This document shows positions 56,192-64,000 of a DNA stretch of 64,000 bases, in pieces (position 1 is the first letter of the stretch; each line of letters opens with the position of its first letter). Below the pieces are notes generated by a model. The model was not told the DNA's origin. It was given only the letters and a program-made list of their open reading frames with translations, and made no database searches. The stretch spans positions 127,968,001-128,032,000 of the forward strand of contig OX597820.1 of NCBI GenBank assembly GCA_951406725.2, given 5' to 3'. The translations under genes were made by a program, and so were the position numbers. The DNA is from Octopus vulgaris (lineage: Eukaryota).

Positions 56192-56339
56192 TATATAAAT
56201 ATACATACATACATACATATATATACATATACTTACCTACATATACGTGCATATATATTCATTTTTATCAATCTATACACAGACACATATATGTATACAT
56301 TTCTAGGTATTTATATGTGTGTGGGGGGTGTAGATAGAT

Positions 56340-56372
<33 letters not shown>

Positions 56373-56483
56373 CATATATATATATGCATATATATGTATG
56401 CATGTACGTCGCCATGTTGATTCGCTAGCTTCTGCAAGCATTTTTTTCTCTCCTTGTTTCATTCCGTATTTCTTTTCTGTGTA

Positions 56484-56521
56484 TCTTTCTGTTGAAGAGC
56501 GTAGGCTCGAAACGTAAAAGA
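56484..56521 (+). ncRNA. Second hammerhead-like motif (A6U core substitution)
   Basis: UCUUU-CUGUUGA-A-GAGC-GUAG-GCUC-GAAAC-GUA|AAAGA. Confidence 0.55.
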
Positions 56522-56617
56522 CTTGTTTTATTTATATTCCTGAGCGCCATACTAATACAATTGTTTGTTTGTATTCCACCTACCTTCGTCTTTTGTTTAT
56601 TTTCATAAAGCTTCCCG

Positions 56618-56700
<83 letters not shown>

Positions 56701-56947
56701 CATGTATATATATGTATGTATGTATGTATGTATACGCTTTTACTCCTTTACTTGGTTCAGTCATTTGACTGTGGCCATGCTGGAGCACCACCTTTTTTTA
56801 TAGTCGAACAAATCGACTAAATATATATATATACATATCCCTCTTTCCCTTTCTGTCTGTCTCTCTCTCTATATATATATATATACAAACACTCACACAA
56901 AAACATAGACACTTGTATCTGCATGTGCATATACGCGTATCTATCTA

Positions 56948-57032
<85 letters not shown>

Positions 57033-57231
57033 TATTTTAAAGTTTTTCTTCATTTTTATCTTTATCCTTTTATTGTTGTCATGGTTATATATTTTTATTC
57101 TTTTTATATTTTGTTCTGGGGGTGTCATTTTTGTTTTCCTCTTTTCACTTTGTTGACTGTAATTAGCAATAACAGTTTGTATGCATGAGCTCGATAAGAA
57201 TCTTTTACTCCCTATCAAGAACTACAAAATA

Positions 57232-57293
<62 letters not shown>

Positions 57294-57314
57294 CATTATT
57301 ATTATTATTATTAT

Positions 57315-57850
57315 TGAGTGAGAGAGCAGTACATGCCATCAAAGTGACACTGGGGTAAAATATACGAAGCCCAATATACCCATCATGACTACCCGTCTGA
57401 TAAAGGTACACCAGGCACATGCATCACAACCATATGTGCGCGACATGGTGATCTTATATCAAGATAAACAGCACATGACCTTGCAGGTGGGGCCCAGTTA
57501 GAATTTTCTTCAGGTTGAGTAGCCCATCCCGCTCAAAAGGTCCCTGAATAAGGGTTGTTTAAGGATGTTGAAAGAACCACCCATGTTTCCAGAGGTGAAT
57601 TATTCAAACCCCAAAGAATCCCTCTCAACACATGGCTATGATGCTCCCCCACTACTTCTGCTCGTGATCAGAGATGCACATATCGTCAGCCACTAAGGGA
57701 CATGCTCAACTGGTTAAGGTCAAACAACTGACAAGCAAATCTGTGGTATTGAGCAGAATATTTGCTGTAGCCCATCTTTTATACCGAGACAAAACAATGT
57801 ACATGATAACACTTTCAAATGTACATGATAACACTTTCAAATGTACATGA
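57315..57850 (-). mobile_element. Non-coding retroposon 3' segment ending in (AAT)n; second, shorter copy at 58511-58850
   Basis: Both copies share the same terminus (..ctctctcactc/ctctgctcgctcactc followed by AATAAT). A 22-bp tandem duplication lies at ~57797-57850. Confidence 0.75.
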
Positions 57851-57895
<45 letters not shown>

Positions 57896-58001
57896 CATTA
57901 TTATTATTATTATTATCATCATTATTATTATTATTATTATTATCATCATTATTATTATTATTATTATTACTATTATTATTATTATTATTATCATTATTAC
58001 T

Positions 58002-58361
58002 ACATGGCTCAGAACCTACACTCGCCTCCTTATGAGAGCTCAAAATCTCTCGTGGAAGCGCCATCCAACCAAAATGCAAATAAATGGGAAACTACCACCT
58101 GTGTCATCTCTTGTGAAAGGTAGGAGAGTCCAGTTTGCTGGACATTGTTGTAGTGCTGAAAAAGAAGTAATTTCTACTCTTCTCCTCTGGAAGCCATCTA
58201 CTCGCAATACCAGAGGGCGCACACTCTCCTACCATGAGGTAATCTCCAGGGATACAGGCACCCAGCAACAGGACCTCCGTAATGCCATGATGGACCGCGA
58301 AGTCTGGCGTAGCATGGTAAATTCCATTTTCTCGACCACGGTCGAACAATGATGATGATGA
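58002..58361 (+). mobile_element. RTE-like LINE 3' end with (TGA)n tail, copy 1
   Basis: RRVQFAGHC..LLLWKP..GRTLSY..MMDREVWR* is typical of the RTE ORF C-terminus. Confidence 0.85.
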
Positions 58362-58369
58362 TCATTATT

Positions 58370-58444
<75 letters not shown>

Positions 58445-58451
58445 ATTATCA

Positions 58452-58486
<35 letters not shown>

Positions 58487-58846
58487 ATCATTATCATTAT
58501 TATTATTATTGAGTGAGCGAGCAGAGCATGCCATCAAAGTGACACTGGGGTAAAATATACGAAGCCCAGTATACCCATCATGACTACCCGTCTGATAAGG
58601 GTACACCAGGCACATGCATCACAACCATATGTGCGCGATATGGTGATCTCATATCAAGATAAACAGCACATGACCTTGCAGGTGGAGCCCAGTTAGAATT
58701 TTCTTTAGATCAGTAACACATCCAGCTCAAAAGGTCCCTGAATAAGGGTTGTTTAAGGACGTTGAACGAAACACCCATGTTTCCCGAGGTGAATTATTAA
58801 AACCCCAAAGAATCCTTCTCAACACATGGCTATGATGCTCCCCCAC

Positions 58847-58847
<1 letters not shown>

Positions 58848-58885
<38 letters not shown>

Positions 58886-58924
58886 TTATTATTATTATTA
58901 TTATTATCATTATTATTATTATTA

Positions 58925-58985
<61 letters not shown>

Positions 58986-58993
58986 CATTATTA

Positions 58994-59054
<61 letters not shown>

Positions 59055-59077
59055 CATTATTATTATTATTATTATTA

Positions 59078-59129
<52 letters not shown>

Positions 59130-59194
59130 CATTATTATCATTATTATTATTATTATTTGTATTATTATCATTATTATTATTATTATTATTATCA

Positions 59195-59252
<58 letters not shown>

Positions 59253-59286
59253 CATTATTATCATTATTATTATTATCATTATTATT

Positions 59287-59336
<50 letters not shown>

Positions 59337-59419
59337 CATCATCATTATTATTAATATTATTATTATTATCATCATTATTATTATTATTATTGTTATTATC
59401 ATTATTATTATCATTATCA

Positions 59420-59462
<43 letters not shown>

Positions 59463-59475
59463 TATTATTATCATT

Positions 59476-59528
<53 letters not shown>

Positions 59529-59533
59529 CATTA

Positions 59534-59582
<49 letters not shown>

Positions 59583-59625
59583 CATTATTATTATTATTAT
59601 CATTATTATTATTATCATTATTATT

Positions 59626-59660
<35 letters not shown>

Positions 59661-59677
59661 CATTATTATTATTATTA

Positions 59678-59753
<76 letters not shown>

Positions 59754-59779
59754 CATCATTATTATTATTATTATTATTA

Positions 59780-59819
<40 letters not shown>

Positions 59820-59821
59820 CA

Positions 59822-59882
<61 letters not shown>

Positions 59883-60008
59883 CATTATTATTATTATTAT
59901 TATTATTATCATTATTATTATTATTATTATTATCATCATTATTATTATTATTATTATTATCATCATTATTATTATTATTACTATTATTATTATTATTATC
60001 ATTATTAC
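58848..60008. repeat. (CTT)n followed by a ~1.1 kb (ATT/ATC)n array
   Basis: Direct reading; it yields the 390-405 aa homopolymer ORFs. Confidence 0.97.
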
Positions 60009-60367
60009 TACATGGCTCAGAACCTACACTCGCCTCCTTATGAGAGCTCAAAATCTCTCATGGAAGCGCCATCCAACCAAAATGCAAATATATGGGAAAC
60101 TACCACCTGTGTCATCTCTTGTGAAAGGTAGGAGAGTCCAGTTTGCTGGACATTGTTGTAGAGCTGAAAAAGAAGTAATTTCTACTCTTCTCCTCTGGAA
60201 GCCATCTACTCACAATACCAGAGGGCGCACACTCTCCTACCCTGATGTAATCTCCAGGGATACAGGCATCCACCAACAGGACCTCCGTAATTCCATGATG
60301 GACCGTGAAGTCTATCGTAGCATGGTAAATTCCATTTTCTCGACCACGGTCGAACAATGATGATGAT
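60009..60367 (+). mobile_element. RTE-like LINE 3' end, copy 2
   Basis: Same 5' truncation point (actacatggctcagaacc) as copy 1; ORF 60040..60360. Confidence 0.85.
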
Positions 60368-60426
60368 TGTTATTATTATTATCATTATTATTATTATTAT
60401 TATTATTATCATCATCATTATTATTA

Positions 60427-60472
<46 letters not shown>

Positions 60473-60477
60473 CATCA

Positions 60478-60514
<37 letters not shown>

Positions 60515-60537
60515 CATTTTTAATATCATTATCATTA

Positions 60538-60577
<40 letters not shown>

Positions 60578-60609
60578 CATTATTATTATTATTATTATTA
60601 TCATTATTA

Positions 60610-60682
<73 letters not shown>

Positions 60683-60717
60683 CATCATCATTATTATTAT
60701 TATTATTATTATTATTC

Positions 60718-61372
<655 letters not shown>

Positions 61373-61414
61373 ATTATTATTATTCCATTCCAGTCTCACA
61401 CTAACTGTAAAGGG

Positions 61415-61565
61415 CGAGACTGGTGCCCTAGGTGCCCTAGGTATGATAAAAAAGGGATGTCAGAAACACCTAGACAATATCCCTGGAGAACTATGTCTCA
61501 AGGAAATCCAAAAGATTGTGCTAACAAGTACTGCCCTCATCCTTAGAAAAACCCTATCAATGTGG
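61415..61565 (+). mobile_element. Short R4/Dong-clade C-terminal fragment in opposite orientation
   Basis: GALGMIKKG..IPG..EIQKIVLTSTALILRKTL. Confidence 0.75.
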
Positions 61566-61579
61566 CGAGAATAGCTGAT

Positions 61580-63072
61580 AGAAGTGGAGGGGATACAAAA
61601 GCCTCAAGCACCTGATCAGCCAGTTCCAACTGTTTGGTAGGTACCGACTTGATTTCCCTAATGCGCCAGTGAGGACCAGGACTAACAGCTTAGGGTCATC
61701 TAGATCGTATATAGAAATGATTTTTATTAGGAAAATAGATAGTAATAATGTAGGATGTCCACTTTTTAAAACAGTCGCCTATTCAGATCATAAGTTTGTA
61801 ATCTGTACGGTCGGCCTAGATAATACGCATAGGTTAGGACCAAGGTACTGGAAGTTGAACATGTCATTTCCAGCACGTAAGGCTTACAGGGACCAGGTCA
61901 GCAATTTAGTTAAGCAAAAGTTGACAGGAAGGGTCGTCAACAACATGTGGTGGGCGGCTTTCAAAAGAACGATTAGAGCAATATTGATAGGACTTAGCAA
62001 AGAAGTAACGTTAGCAAAAATAGAAAGGAGGAAGAAGCTATTTGTAGTGGCATTGCAACCGACGTGCTAGCAGCGAAAATGGCATTAGAGCAGTTCTTCA
62101 ATGCGAAACATAAAGGTTCCATTGTCAAAGCTAAGGTGCATGCTGTGAGAAACAAGGGGATCGAAGTTGTTTGATGGGGCTGCGAGAAGAAGGTGCAGTG
62201 TGGTATCAAAACTACAATTCGGTCTTTGGCAGTCCGAGATGGACATGAGCTGAGCAATTCCACGCAGATGTGTGATGCCTTTCACCTGCACTTTGCTCGG
62301 TTCTTTGGAGAGAGTGGCGGGGCGGAGACAGTAGCAGACTTCAGTCCCTACGTCGACGGCTTGCTGCGTCTCTCGACGGCCGACTTTGAGCACTGTGAAA
62401 GGTAGATAACTTCAGCCAGAATTCAGGATGCCCCTGTCGGCTGCACGAGTTGCAAGTCACCCAGTTTAGATGGTCTGCACTACGAGCTTGACGTAAACAT
62501 GCCAGACTTGTTCTCCGATCTCCTCGAAGCGCTCTACTGCAACTGGCAGCAGAACGGGAGAATTCCCAGTTCTGTGACCTAGAGTGTAGTGAAGTTGATA
62601 AGGTAAAAAGAAAACCAGAGGGACACATTAGATAACTTCAAGCCCATAACTCTGCTTAACACAGAGTTTAAGATTTTGGCCAAGGTGTTACTGAAGAGGT
62701 TGGCGCTTATCGTCGAGGATTTGGTTGGAGAGATGCAAACCGGCGCAATCCCGACCAGGTCCATACGCGACAATCTCCACCTCATGCGATACATTATAGG
62801 AATGGTAGGGTGTAAACCTGACTTCGGTAGGGCGCTGATCAATTTTAGATCAATCGAAAGCATTCGATAGGATCGACCATCGATATTTGGGGGCTGTCTT
62901 CAAAGCGGATGCCTTCGATCCCGTCTTCAGAGGTTGGATCGCTGCAATGCACAGCGGCATCTGCTCAATGGTCGAGGTTGATGGCCACCTCTCGGAACCG
63001 TTTCAGATCTCCCGATCGGTCCGTCAAGGTTGCCATCTCTTCCCCCTTCTGTACGTATTGACTCTGGAGCAT
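61580..63072 (+). pseudogene. L1/Tx1-clade LINE ORF2 fragment (APE C-terminus to RT domain)
   Basis: YSDHKFV, RYWKLN, FKPITLLNTEFKILAKVL, QTGAIPTRSIRDN, DQSKAFDRIDH and SVRQGC..PLLYVL, with frameshifts and stops. Confidence 0.92.
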
Positions 63073-63126
63073 TCCAATCAGTTAAGATCAGAAGCCATGA
63101 AAGCCACTGCCTGGTACTGCATCAGG

Positions 63127-63184
<58 letters not shown>

Positions 63185-63196
63185 TCATCAACATGA

Positions 63197-63233
<37 letters not shown>

Positions 63234-63247
63234 CATTATTATTATTA

Positions 63248-63284
<37 letters not shown>

Positions 63285-63285
<1 letters not shown>

Positions 63286-63696
63286 TAGTTTTATTTTATA
63301 GAGTGCTTTCACTTCACTACCGAGCGCAGCTCTGTGTGCCTTGGGTATGTGCTGTGATTTGTTGTGATGCTCTGATGGTTATTGTATGGAAAGTGTTCTG
63401 CGTAGGATGTGTGCAGTGCCTAGTAGTGCAATTTTCTGTATGTTATATGTGTTTGTACGTCCTGGTGTTTTTGTTATGTATTTGTCTGAATATTTTTTTA
63501 TCATGCCTAATGCACCTACTATGATAGGAATTGTTTCTGTTTTCAGATTCCACATTCTAGTTACCTCTATTTCCAGGTCTTTGTATTTTGAGAGTTTCTC
63601 CATTTCTTTTAGAGACACGTTGTCATCAGCCGGTATTGATACATCAATTAGAAAGCATTTTTTTCTTCATGGTCTCTGACAACTATATCTGGTCTT
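63285..63696 (-). mobile_element. R4/Dong-clade LINE 3' end in (TAA)n
   Basis: RPDIVVRDHEEK/CFLIDVSIP RLE catalytic motif, KYKDLEIE, IPIIVGALG, stop codon and 3' UTR. Confidence 0.92.
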
Positions 63697-63772
63697 ATTA
63701 TTATTATTATTATTATTATCATTATTATTATCATTATTATTATCATCATTTTTATTATTATTATTATCATCA

Positions 63773-63839
<67 letters not shown>

Positions 63840-63847
63840 CATCATCA

Positions 63848-63889
<42 letters not shown>

Positions 63890-63891
<2 letters not shown>

Positions 63892-64000
63892 TTTATAGCG
63901 TGCTTTCACTTCACTACCGAGCGCAGCTCTGTGTGCCTTGGGTATGTGCTGTGATTTGTTGTGATGCTCTGATGGTTATTGTATGGAAAGTGTTCTGCGT
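63890..64000 (-). mobile_element. Second copy of the same R4/Dong 3' end (runs off the window)
   Basis: Near-identical to ~63294-63403. Confidence 0.9.

Noticed and set aside
58826-60051. 390-405 aa ORFs (poly-L, poly-I/M, poly-N/D)
   Set aside because: Translations of an (ATT/ATC)n array, open in several frames on both strands.

Overview
AT-rich eukaryotic DNA that is dense in microsatellites and transposable elements and looks intronic or intergenic. The SINE and microsatellite make-up suggests an octopus or other coleoid cephalopod genome (inference, not a database result). I found no convincing host protein-coding gene, true tRNA/rRNA gene or CRISPR array. Most ORFs in the supplied track are translations of (TA)n, (CATA)n, (TATC)n, (ATT)n or (ACC)n repeats. 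Recognisable content: a near-complete 1.29 kb DD34D mariner with TIRs and TA TSD, a decayed DD41D/rosa-like transposon, a decayed Ty3/gypsy element, several L1/Tx1 LINE pieces, RTE and R4/Dong LINE 3' ends, four tRNA-derived SINE families and a probable non-autonomous Helitron. Most notable: (i) minimal hammerhead-ribozyme motifs with an extra A in the core and a covarying stem I, (ii) an R4/Dong LINE in (CATA)n rather than (TAA)n, plus a multi-family cluster in a 7 kb (ATT)n region, (iii) SINE multimers that hint at self-targeting, (iv) a three-copy inverted SINE cluster, and (v) a unique pre-miRNA-sized hairpin.
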